NCBI GenBank assembly: GCA_964016885.1
Contig: OZ024746.1
Coordinates: 34,224,001 to 34,288,000, forward strand
Reading direction: 5' to 3'
Source: Eledone cirrhosa
Lineage: Eukaryota
Length of the DNA stretch: 64,000 nt
Below, one piece after another: positions 26,404-40,663 of this stretch (its first letter is position 1; each line of letters starts with the position of its first letter). Position numbers and translations under genes: made by a program. Below the pieces are notes generated by a model, which had not been told where the DNA came from, did no database searches, and was given only the letters and a program-made list of their open reading frames with translations.

Positions 26404-26657
26404 CTCTTACATGGAAGCGAAACTATCTCCATATAGATTTACTAACATGCGTTAGATCAATAGATATGTTTACCTAACTATGAACATATGTATAAATATA
26501 TATATAAATACCCACAAACATACACCCAAGCGAATGCACACACTTCACATAACCTCACGCACATAAATCACGACAGGGCACACACACACTCTCATAAATA
26601 TATATACTGTATATATATTGTTTATATATGTAGATATGACTGCATATGTATGTGTGT

Positions 26658-26710
<53 letters not shown>

Positions 26711-27061
26711 AACGCGCATACATATGCAGACATATCTACATATATAGACAATAGTCCTGGCATAAACGTCAATGAAAGCTTTTAACATTAACTTCCAAGA
26801 AACTTTCGCAGTACAAGAATTGAGGCCAATACGATTTTAGTTTGATTGTTATAAAGGTACCTGTCAACAGAGCAGTCTATTCCCGGCATGACCTTCGTAT
26901 ATAGACATTTCCAACATAGTAATAGAAAATGGCGGCTTTGATTTCACCGCCAATGAGTCAAAATACATTGATGAATGCTCTACAATAGAATGATGTTTAG
27001 ATAGATTCACTGTTACAAATAAGTGAATGTTGGACGCTCTGTTATCACACACACATATATA

Positions 27062-27427
27062 TATCAGCATTATCGTGTAGCACCCATCCACCATCTGAGT
27101 GAGTTTCTTGGGCAGTCTCCAATTCTCAGACCCGTACAGCAGCGCAGACTCCACTGCAGAAATGAAGACGCGGATTGTCAGGTCTTTACGAAGGTCCGAC
27201 TCCCACACCGATCTCAAGCTGTGGCACGCCGCCCAGGCTTTGATCTTCCTATCAACCACATCATCTTCCGTATTCCCAATCTTTGCTCCCAAATACAGGA
27301 CGACCTCAACCAATTTTAGCGGCTTCCCGTCTACATTAGTGATCCCCTCTGGTTTCTCAACATTCTCTACGAGATATTTTGTTTTAGTGTCTTTCATGCT
27401 CAGCCCCACACTAATCGACATAGTCAA
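27062..27427 (-). mobile_element. RTE-clade LINE fragment (RT C-terminus/thumb)
   Basis: KTKYL..., LYLGAKI, RKIKAWAA, VESALLYGSENWRL in ORF 26864-27427. Confidence 0.8.
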
Positions 27428-27509
27428 AAGCTACATATATGAGTTTGGCTACCCTTTACGGTATGTCTCAATGAAGAATTAATTAAGCAAATAATCATTA
27501 ATCAGAGAT

Positions 27510-28534
<1,025 letters not shown>

Positions 28535-28740
28535 TCAGGCGATGTGAGAAAAACCAAAGACCCTCCATCTACTCTCTGCTTTTGAAAAGCAATACGAAAC
28601 TGGTAAAGAAAAAAAGTAAATATATATATTTTGTTAAAATAAGGCTCCGGTTGCATTTTCGATTTCATCTTATTGTGTTTAACTTTCACTCGTATAGAAC
28701 AGCTCGGTTATGTTTCATTTTGTAAAAAAAACTCAGTTTC

Positions 28741-29616
<876 letters not shown>

Positions 29617-29879
29617 GTATATATATAAGTTTGATTTGAATATGTATATGCATGCCACTTTATTTGCACCCTTACGATATTATGTATATATGTTATCAAG
29701 CGAAGTATCCAGATTAAGAAGATGTTTTTAGATAATCAATCTTATTATATTTTCTTATAATAACTGTCATGCAAATGTCAAACGCATTAAAATATACTCA
29801 TTTAATAGTTATTTAAATTGCTGTTGCCACAAATGTGATGTAAATTTAAACAATGTTTCTGTCTTTGTATACTGTATAT

Positions 29880-31030
29880 GTCTGCCATTGACAGGATATC
29901 TTTCATTCGGGTTACACACCGGGAGTTCTTACAACATATGGAGAATATTAAGTCAATATAGCAGAAATTCTTTAGACGAAAAGGGGTTAGTAAACGTTAG
30001 GAGCGATATCTTCAGAAATTATAGACGCACAGTTACGAATGTAATGGCAGTCAGGTATGCAGTGGAAAATGATGTAAATATAAGACAGGAAGGAAATGAA
30101 GAACCAGATGAAGAGATAACCAGCGACGAGTCTTAATTAAAAGGTTGCATCTGCACAAACCACGCAAATAATTGAATGAATAATTATTTCTAATTAACCG
30201 GATGAAAATTGTCAGGAAAATGGGATACAAACAATATCTGAAGAAGAAACATTTACAGAAGAATACGCAGCTTATATGGTGACAATGAAGTAGCGTATAT
30301 AGTGAAAATGAATGATCTACTTTAACAAAATACAATTGTGAATGATATAGAACTATTTCAAAATCTCTCGATTATCAACAACAACAAACAAAAAGATATT
30401 GCTTACTATGCACCAAAAGAAACCTGATCTTGCAAAGGTAAATGAAATGTTTTACCTATCTGCTAGGGTAATTGAAACAAGCTGCATGCCACTGAAAAAA
30501 ACCCCAAAGAAAGTCAAGCATAAGAGGAAAGCCATAATGGAGACGTAAAACAGAAAATAAAATTGAATTTGTGGGAGGGAAAATATCAACATTAAATGAA
30601 CTAATCATTAAAGTGGTATATGAAACAGAAAACAAACAAAGTTGAATAAAAATTATGAATGTTAATCAATAGAAGAAATTATATCTACAATTGAAATACT
30701 GAAACAAAAAATATCCAAGTAAGAGCTCAAGGAAAACAAAGATTTTAGAAGAGAAACAATTATTACAAGCCAAATAAGCTATGTCCATTGAAATAATCTA
30801 TTCAAATCCTGTCACGAAAAGATAAACATTGAATATACCCTTTCACAAACAAGTTGATACATTGTGGAGAAAAATGTTGCTTTCTTTTAGTAGGCATATG
30901 GAAAATTAGATTGGATTAAACCCACAGAAGAATCTTACAAAAATAGCAATAACAAGCCTGGGAAGACATCTCAATAGTAGACATAAAGATGGTACACACA
31001 ATATTTAATATTTTGAAATCATCTGGGTGG
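29880..31030 (+). mobile_element. Highly decayed second copy of the R4/Dong-like LINE N-terminal region
   Basis: NVRSDIFRN...AVRYAVEND matches NVRRYIFRS...AIKQAVEND (ORF 1474-1980). tgggaagacatctcaata at ~30960 encodes WEDISI, as in ORF 310-939. Confidence 0.7.
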
Positions 31031-31374
31031 AAAATCTATGGTTTGATCGGGTCTCGTGCGCACACGATAGATGCGATACAATTATACACATTTGTTTGAG
31101 CCGCAAAGTAAGAATACAGTTTTGCATGCACATGGCCTGTTTTCCGGGCATAACAGACTGATGGAGTATTGTCAAACAGATGTTATGTAGAACGTATCCA
31201 GCTATTGACCAATACCGTCGTGAAAGTCTCTCCGCATCCTTCTATTGGCCGGGAGTGGCGGGTAGTTTTCTTCTGTCTAGTAGATATAGTGAAAAACGTA
31301 TTGTAGCAGATACACCTGAAGGCAGAGCGACAGATACCATGTTTTGAAACATAGAGTTATGGCCCTTTATTTTA

Positions 31375-31503
31375 TGAGTTTAAAACCCACCGAAGTTAAC
31401 TTTGCCCTTTATCCTTATGAGGTCGATAAAATAAAGCACCAGTAATGCACTGGGTTAATTGCTCGCCTTGTGCCAAAAGTAGAAACAGTATTATTATTAT
31501 TAT
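31375..31503 (+). mobile_element. SINE family A, 5'-truncated, (TAT)n tail
   Basis: Core and tagaaacagtattattattat. Confidence 0.85.
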
Positions 31504-32008
31504 AGAAATAATGATGATAATAAACATTCTTCCATAATTTCAATCCAATTAGAAGCAGATCAATAAGATAGATAGATATTTCCTCCAATAAATACAGAGT
31601 GAATACTTCTGAATACTGGAAAGCACTTTAAGTGGATATATTTATTAAATCTGATAATGGAAAATGCCAGATCTCGTCACTCCATCAACATATACACCAG
31701 CCTGCAACTAGCACCATCATTATATTCAACTTCAAAATTCGGCCTGTTAATTCATAATATCATAAAATAAATGTTTTTCTTCTTTTGGATTGTGTTCATT
31801 GTTTCTTGTTATTTATTTCCTCATTATTTCAGATTTGTATTTATTCATCTGTAACAGTGTATCTCTTAATCTTACCGTATTTCTATAGATAATGATTTTT
31901 CTTTCACTCTTTGCCGCATATATTTAGTTATGAGATTGTTGTGGTTTACTATTAGCGCGCCTGTTGCATTATATTTTAATGGAGTTTCTCTCTCACCCTC
32001 TCTTTCTT

Positions 32009-32085
<77 letters not shown>

Positions 32086-32284
32086 ATGCATGTATGTGTG
32101 GGTGCATGCGTGTGTGCGTATGTGCATGTGTGTCTATGGGTCTGTGTAATGCTATATATATATATATATATATATATATAAGCAGAAGGGATATTCAATT
32201 TATTGGTAATTCAACAAATATATCAAGGTTAAATTGAACAGTTAAGGTATATTCTCCTTGGCTATGTCAACATTTTTAAACCAA

Positions 32285-32392
32285 ACTTCGTATTTCATCT
32301 GATGATAGCGTACCAACATTTTGGTACACTTGGAATATATATAATAGAATAAGTATGGTTTTATAAATATAGTTTCCATTTATTTAATATCA
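32285..32392 (+). mobile_element. pLTR fragment with decayed HHR, same family as 10873-10980
   Basis: tatttcat-CTGATGA-gtaccaa/ttggtac-GGAA..., then tatggttttataaatatagtttccatttatttaatatc. Confidence 0.7.
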
Positions 32393-32407
32393 TTGTATAT
32401 ATATATA

Positions 32408-32593
32408 TTGTTTCTACATTTGGCACAAGGCCAGCAATTACCCAGTACATTACTGGTACTTTATTTGATCGACCCCGTAAGGATGAAAGGCAAAGTTAAC
32501 CTCGGCGGGATTTGAACTCAGACTGTAAAGGGACGTAACTATGCTAGAAAGCATGGCGTCCAACCCTCTACCGATACTACCAATTCACCGCCC
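32408..32593 (-). mobile_element. SINE family A, full length
   Basis: Reverse complement of 1396-1580. Confidence 0.92.
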
Positions 32594-32865
32594 TTATATA
32601 TATATATTGCGGGTATTTATGTTCTTGTGTGGTTTCTTTTGTGTTTTCCGTAAAATACGCATCCATTTACATGTGTGTACATATAGAATCCTACGCGCAG
32701 ACATTGTGTCCGCATTCATATTTGTTAACGATGCATAAGCTGGCTGCTCGTTTTGTTTCATTCTCACACTGTATATGGTAAGATACTTTATGATTTATCT
32801 ATCCAACTCCATTTCCTTTGCAGTTAATCAAACGCATATATTTATCCATGTATGTACACGTACCT

Positions 32866-33033
<168 letters not shown>

Positions 33034-33170
33034 AGTGTAATTTACTACACAAAACGAAGGTTATAGAGAAAATTGAGGTTGGTAATGGCACATGGAATAT
33101 ATAAGAGACAGAATACTTTTTTGTGAAAAAACATATAATTTTATAAGGTAAGGAAATAATAAAGTGTATA

Positions 33171-33220
33171 CAAAATGACCGGTTTCGATGGGTCTGCAAA
33201 AGCCATCTTTTCAAATGTTG
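33171..33220 (-). ncRNA. Hammerhead ribozyme, U3-A8 core variant (left pLTR)
   Basis: caacat-TTGAAAA-gatgg...ccatc-GAAA-ccgg-TC-attttg. Confidence 0.7.
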
Positions 33221-33578
33221 ATTAATATTAAGAAAAATTAATAATAATAAGAGTTAAAATTTGAGATTTGAAAATTCAAGTATAAAATTCATTGTGGGAT
33301 TTCATAGTAGTTTTCATCTTGTTAGCAGCTCGTTGACTGCTTCTGGTAGTGACTGAGAAGTTATTTGGGGGTGTGGGTTATTTTATAAAGGTCAAATTTA
33401 GCAATGGCCAGATAGCCAGCTGCTGGTCAGTGAGGGGGTGGAAGCAATATACATACATATATCTTCCTGTGCTCGGTAGGAGAGGGGAGATTGATAGAAA
33501 GGGATTTAGTGCACTTACACCTATATATACACACATATCTTCATCCACACATAAATACATATACATATACATATACAT

Positions 33579-33645
<67 letters not shown>

Positions 33646-33716
33646 CACACATACATACACACACACATACATATACATACATACATACACACACACATAT
33701 ATGCACATACACACAC

Positions 33717-33751
<35 letters not shown>

Positions 33752-33909
33752 TATATATACATACAACAACAGAACCCTTGCTCATCAACAACCACAACAC
33801 ATACCACCCCCACCATCACACTCATCTTCATGAAACAACAAGCTACAGACCACACACAACAGACCAACAAAATATAATCACACACAAAACTACATTCCTT
33901 TTTTAGGGA

Positions 33910-36210
33910 AAAGCCTGAAATACCAGGATACTCGATGGCCCCCACCTCAGGAGAAACCAAAAATAATCAACCTCTCAAAGACACCTCTAACCAACACACA
34001 AATCAACATTTTAAGTAAGGGCCTGAAATGTACACCTACACCACGTAAACCAAACTTCCCCGAAATGAAGGATGACATCATGGAATACTGCCGAAAGCTG
34101 CGACTAACGGAATTCTTCCACAACGACACTAACACTGAAGATGAATCACTGGTTAGAAATAAAAGCAATTTCTGCCAACAAAAGGGAAGAAATAAAGCAC
34201 TGGACACGTACTGCGAACACATCACCAACTTTCCCTATGAAAAAATTACAAATAAACACACGAAATCAAACCTATCTACACACGAATGGGAAGAATTATT
34301 CACACTTAGAAACAACCCTGAGATAACTATCAAAGAAGCCGATAAAGGCAGTACTGTTGTCATTATGAATACGGACTACTATAGGACCCTCGCACTTAAC
34401 ATTTTAGAAAACAACACATACTATGAAAAAACAGAAAACTACAAACACACCAAAACAATGGGGAACCTTTTGACCTTACTGAATAAATACCGCAACAGCT
34501 TAACCACAAAAGAGTTTAACTATATAAGCCACTTCAAATGCAATACAAGCTCTTTTTACGGCTTACCGAAACTCCACAAATGTAAACCCATAAACGATGC
34601 ATGTGACACCTCAACCAACAATTACATTGAACTAACACCACCAGAAGACCTAAAACTCAGGCCAATTATAGCAGGCCCTACATGTGAAACCCACAGACTT
34701 AGCAACTTTCTGGACATCCTACTGAAACCCTTTCTACAACATATACAGAGCTACATACGAGATGACCTTGACATGCTGAAACACCTCCCTAAAACAGTAA
34801 GTGCAAATACAATTCTTGTCTCCTTTGACGTAATAAACCTCTACACAAACATACCCCACAACTATGGAATAACAGCAGTCCAATACTGGCTTAACACAGA
34901 CCCTTCAGAAATACCGACACGCATCAACACAGATTTTATCACTGACGGACTCCGCTTTATCCTACAAAATAATTACTTCACATTCAATGGTTCAACATAC
35001 AGACAAGTATCAGGTACGGCAATGGGCACGAAAGTAGCATCCACATATGCCAACCTAGTCATGGGATTCCATGAACAACAAATATACAGTCAGTCCCTTC
35101 TCCTATTTGGAGACTCTTTCCACACACACCTCAAAGCCAATTGGAAAAATATCTAGACGACTGCTTTATCCTATGGCAAGAAGACATGAACTCACTTACT
35201 ATGTTTAAAAACATGATAAACAACATAGATAATAACATACAATTCACAATGGAATCCAATCCCAAGGAATTAGCCTTCTTGGATATTCTCATCTCTGTAA
35301 TAGACGGGAAATTAGATACAGATATATTCTATAAACCCACAGATTCCAAGCAATACCTCTTTTTCACATCAAGTCACCCAAAACATACAAAACTTAACAT
35401 TCCTTACAATTTGGCCAAACGTATATGTACCATAGTATCAGATCCACCTAAACGGGAGCAAAGACTAAAGGAACTAAAAGACACCCTTATCTTAAGAGCC
35501 TTTCCACTTGAAATAATCAACAATGGAATAGACAGGGCAAAACACCTAAATCCCCATCAACTTAACAATCCAAAACAGAAAACCACACTCAACACCCTGC
35601 CATATGTATCCACTTTCAACCCCAGAAATACCGAAATGTTTGATCACCTACACAAAAACCTCCCCATCCTACTTAAAGATGTAAAAATGAAGTCTATTCT
35701 TGAAACACACAAGATCCTTAAAAGTAAAAGACAACCCAAATCACTAAAACGCATTCTCACTGGACCAAATATACCCAAACCAATCCTCAACCCTACAGTT
35801 ACCAGATGTGGTAGAACAAACTGTGGAACGTGCCTCTACCTCACTGAAAGACAACAATTTACATTTAAAGATGGCCAAACATTTACAGTAAAAAACAATT
35901 TCACCTGCAACTCGAAGAACTTGATTTACGCAATAACTTGCGGTGGGTGCAAACACAACTACATAGGACAGACGGGCCGCTCATTACGCAAAAGAATGAC
36001 CATCCACCGCCAACAAATCCGGGACGCTAGCACAAGAAAAATCCCCTTGAGCAGCCATATTGCGAACTGCGCAGGAATGACACTACCCAACTTTAAAATC
36101 TTCCCCTTCTACAAGTGCTCAGTTTAGTTCACACAGCAACAAAGAATAAACAAAGAAAATCTATTCCTTAACAAATTTAAACCAAAACTAAACGGGTTAT
36201 CACCCCAATA
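33910..36210 (+). pseudogene. PLE polyprotein: reverse transcriptase + Cys linker + GIY-YIG endonuclease (frameshift ~35148, stop 36125)
   Basis: IINLS..LSKGL, IKEADKG, FYGLPKLHK, LRPII, SFDVINLYTNIP, QVSGTAMGT, YLDD, FLDI, YKPTD, CGRTNCGTC, NLIYAITC..C..YIGQT. Confidence 0.95.
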
Positions 36211-36650
36211 GAATTGTCATGTAGAATCAGGTTTATTAGTTGACAGACCATGCCTTTGTGTGACCAACACATCCATGTTAAACCCTGCACGTGCACACAC
36301 ATATATCTATATATATATGCGCACACAGAATTCACCACTGTCGGTTGCGGGGCCCAATCTACATGAAGAACTCAATGTGATCAGAATGACTTGTATTTTA
36401 ATTTCACTGCCCTAACTTCTTATATTATGGAAACAATATATGTGTATGTATATATATATATTTGGAGGCCATTTCTCTGTGTGTGGGTGTATGTATGTGT
36501 ATATGTGTGTGTGTGTATGTGTGTGCATGTGGATGTATGTATTGTGTGTGCATGTGTGTGTGTGTGTGTATGTATGTGTGTATCTGGATGTATGCGTATG
36601 TGTATATATATATGTGTGTGTGTGTGTATATATATATGTGTGTGTATGTG

Positions 36651-36685
<35 letters not shown>

Positions 36686-36789
36686 ATGTGTGTTTGTATG
36701 TGTGTATGCATATATATGTGTGTGTGTATGTATGTGTGGGTGTGTGTATATATGTGCATGTATATGTGTGTATATATATGTATGTACAC

Positions 36790-36831
<42 letters not shown>

Positions 36832-37353
36832 ATGTATGTGTGTATCTGGATGTATGTGTATGTATCTATATGCGTGTGTGTGTGTATATATATATATATA
36901 TATGTATGTGTATGTGCATATATGTGTGTGTGTATGTGTGTATGTATATGTATGTGTGTGTGTATGTATGTGTGTATATGTATATATATATATATATATG
37001 TATGTATATGTATATGTATGTATGTGTGGATGAAGGTGTGTGTGTATATATAGGTGTAAGTGCACTAAATCCCTTTCTATCAATCTCCCCTCTCCTACCG
37101 AGCACAGGAAGATATATGTATGTATATTGCTTCCACCCCCTCACTGACCAGCAGCTGGCCATGTGGCCATTGCTAAATTTGACCTTTATAAAATAACCCA
37201 CACCCTCAAATAACTTCTCATTCACTACCAGAAGCAGTCAACGAGCTGCTACCAAGATGAAAACTACTATGAAATCCCATAATGAATTTTATACTTGAAT
37301 TTTCAAATCTCAAATTTTAACTCTTCTTATTATTAATTTTTCTTAATATTAAT

Positions 37354-37403
37354 CAACATTTGAAAAGATGGCTTTTGCAGACCCATCGAAACCGGTCTTT
37401 TTT
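37354..37403 (+). ncRNA. Hammerhead ribozyme, U3-A8 core variant (right pLTR; stem I damaged)
   Basis: caacat-TTGAAAA-gatgg...ccatc-GAAA-ccgg-TC. Confidence 0.6.
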
Positions 37404-37748
37404 TATACCCTTTATTATTTCCTTACCTTATAAAATTATATGTTTTTTCACAAAAAAGTATTCTGTCTCTTATATATTCCATGTGCCATTACCAACCTCA
37501 ATTTTCTCTATATAAATATATATATATATATATATATAGTGTATAAAGGTCGGCGAATGGGGTGGTAACAAAAACAGTTCCCGATGCACTGGTAAAGTGT
37601 ATATAGTAAAAGAGAAAACGCAGAAGTTTCGTTTACATGTAGAAGGTTTTCAATATGTTATATATATATATATTTTATATATTGATATCTGTTATATATA
37701 TGTTATATATTGATATATGTTATATATATGTTATATATTGATATATGT

Positions 37749-37787
<39 letters not shown>

Positions 37788-37909
37788 GGAGGATGATGTG
37801 CAACAGAAATGAAACATTGATTACAGGTTAAAATATATTCTAGATAGTTGAGAAACAAAACGAGGATGTAGTTTATGGAACAACCAAATGATTTCGAAGT
37901 CGACCTTAA

Positions 37910-38218
37910 AATTTTGAAAGTAGGTTTATAAGTATGAATTTTTCAAATGATTTCTGTAGTTGTCTCTGTGGCCTAGGGGTAGGCAATAGAGACAGTGGAG
38001 ATCCTGGTCTCGGGTTCAATCCTGGTCAAGAGGTACACATAATCATCTTCAGTTTTTATTTTACATCTTATAGAAAAAAAAATGAAAAGGTTTATCTGGA
38101 GCCCTACTCCCGACCAGGATCGAACTTCATATAAGGAACTCGACGGTCTATGAATCCACCAACTAGGCCACCGAGACAACTACTAAATATTAATAAGTAT
38201 AAACCTACTTTCAAAATC
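37910..38218. mobile_element. Fold-back element whose arms contain convergent tRNA-like (Pol III A/B box) heads
   Basis: Termini attttgaaagtaggtttata / tataaacctactttcaaaat. Left arm gtctctgtggcctag...gggttcaatcctggtc; right arm (minus) gtctcggtggcctagttggt...gttcgatcctggtcgg. Confidence 0.65.
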
Positions 38219-38599
38219 AAAGTTAAAAAGTTGTGGTTTCGTTCATGGCTTTCCTAGAGCTATTACTCATATTTAGGGTCGACTTGTCAATCTTCTGGCT
38301 CACTGGTACCAAACCACGCTAATCATAAATTATACCGGAGGAAGAGGTGCCCCAAATTCGGACCTTAATCGCTAAATTCACACATCTTTTCAAAACTGCA
38401 CTACAGCGTCGTACATCTCCAATCTTGACACGAGCACGACGGCTGCGATGCCATTCCAAAGGGTTTCTTCAAGCTTCTTAACTAGTTCTCTCGCTAGTGT
38501 AGATTTTACTATCAATACTTCATCACTAAAACATATATATTCCACTCTAAATGCTCTTTTCAATGAGAAGCGTCATCTGTAAGAACAAGAATAAGTATG

Positions 38600-39362
38600 C
38601 TTTCTAATTGAGGCACATGACTAGCAATTTTGTTGAAGGGGCAATTTGAATACATCGATCCAATGCTTTACAGTGACTTTATTTTATCGACAGTGTAGTG
38701 GTGAAATGCATAGCTAATCTCGGCAAGATTTGAACTCAGAATGAAAAGGGCCGTAACAACATTTATAATCTTGATGATAATATTATTTGCAATAATAAAG
38801 TTAATAAAAAATACAGACATTAAATTCGCTGACAACACGTTCTAGAAAATTAATTAATGAATTTTAATAAAATAAGCTTTTAATGGCGGAAATGATTTGT
38901 GTTTAAAAATAAAATTTCATCACATGGCACAAGAAGATTTTATAGTTATAACAACTGCAGCATTGTCACATTACATAATTGTAGTAAAATATTTCGTGAA
39001 ACAATAATAGTAATAATGGGATTTGATTTAATCACAAGGCCAGCAATTTTTGGAGGAAGGGAAAAGTCGATTATATGAACCCCAGCGGGTGACTGGTACG
39101 TTATTTTATCAGCCCAATAAGTATGAAATTCATAGTGAGATTAGAACTCAGAACGTAAATAGTCGTAATTCTATGTCTCGAAGCAGTTTGTCTGACGCTC
39201 TACTAACCAAGACAATAATAATAATAATAATAATAATTGTTTCTACCTTTGGCACAAGTCCAGCAAATACCCAGTGCATTACTGGTACCTTGTTTTACCG
39301 ACCCCGTAAGGATGAAAGGAAAAGTTAACCTTGGCGAGATTTTACATCAGAATAGCAAGGGC
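38600..39362 (-). mobile_element. Cluster of three SINE family A/related copies (38600-38760, 39025-39210, 39237-39362)
   Basis: Each has ggcaca...agcaa, ttattttatc, and tttgaactcagaa-like B-box complements. Confidence 0.75.
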
Positions 39363-39371
39363 CATTCCACA

Positions 39372-39805
39372 ATAATAATAATTTCTTTATTGGCCACTAG
39401 ACCTTACATATAGGGGAAAATACTAAAACACGGGTAAGTGCTGGTTTACAATAAAATCGAGTACACAAATATTAACATTAACAACAAAAAAATAAATTGT
39501 TAGCAATATAAATTCCCCAATAGGGTATAACCAGTTAGGGGTGTCTCAGGAACCCAACTAATCCTGAACCACCCGCCGCATGTGGGGAGGGCACACGTAT
39601 ACGCTGTAAAGGGAAAATACTAAAACACGGGTAAGTGCTGGTTTACAATAAAATCGAGTACAGAAATATTAACATTAACAACAAAAAAATAAATTGTTAG
39701 CAATATAAATTCCCCAATAGGGTATAACCAGCCAGGGGTGTCTCAGGAACCCAACTAATCCTGAACCACCCGCCGCATGTGGGGAGGGCACACGTATACG
39801 CTTAA
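39372..39805 (-). mobile_element. LINE-like 3' end with (TTA)n tail and an internal 197-bp tandem duplication
   Basis: Minus strand ends ggccaataaagaaattattattatt. 39414-39605 is repeated at 39611-39802 almost identically. Confidence 0.65.
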
Positions 39806-39833
39806 ACAATTGAGACGCATTCTCATATATATA

Positions 39834-39874
<41 letters not shown>

Positions 39875-40226
39875 TCGACGATACGTGACTGTTGTGTCAC
39901 GTGCACTAAGAATATTTTTTTTTAAATCATGTTCACTTAAAATTAATAAAAATATACAGAGACATGTATATAATATAAAATGAAATTGAAAGTACCATAT
40001 TTATATATATATATATATATACATATATATATTAGAGCAAATATTAGAGCAAACATCACGGGTGCTCTATCTCAAAATTATTTTTGAAAAGCGTTAGAAA
40101 TGCGCAACCGGTGAAAACTTGAAACTAAAACTGAATACTAACCAATACTTATTACTAATTTTTACTTATTCCTAATTAAACTATATTTCACTGGGAACAA
40201 TTTGTCAGCATTTTCTTTTCCTTTTA

Positions 40227-40265
<39 letters not shown>

Positions 40266-40272
40266 AAATTTG

Positions 40273-40329
<57 letters not shown>

Positions 40330-40330
<1 letters not shown>

Positions 40331-40652
40331 GATATTAATAAATGGAAACTATATTTATAAAACCATATTTATTTCATTATACATATTACAGGGATAACAA
40401 ATTATATTATGGTATGCCTTCATCAGACAAAATACAATATATAACAGTTTTACAAATAAGCTTTGACGTACCCTTTTAAAATGCAACCATTATTTTTGGA
40501 AGCCATCTGGATAGTTTTATAAATATAGTTTTATTAATATAGTTTCCATTTATTAATATCGTATGTCTACTACAAATACTTGTCGAGTGCTTTATATCAG
40601 TTATAAAAATATTTACTTGTTGTATCCCAACAATTTTAAATAGAACGTTTGC
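40330..40652. mobile_element. Short fold-back pLTR element, same family as 10873-13742
   Basis: Left arm (minus) carries HHR 40370-40434 (CTGATGA...GTAA). Right arm 40515-40652 is the inverted end plus a tail matching 13620-13742. Confidence 0.8.
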
Positions 40653-40663
40653 ATATATATATA

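Noticed and set aside
39414-39802. CRISPR-like or satellite array
   Set aside because: Only two 197-bp copies with no spacers; a simple tandem duplication in eukaryotic DNA.
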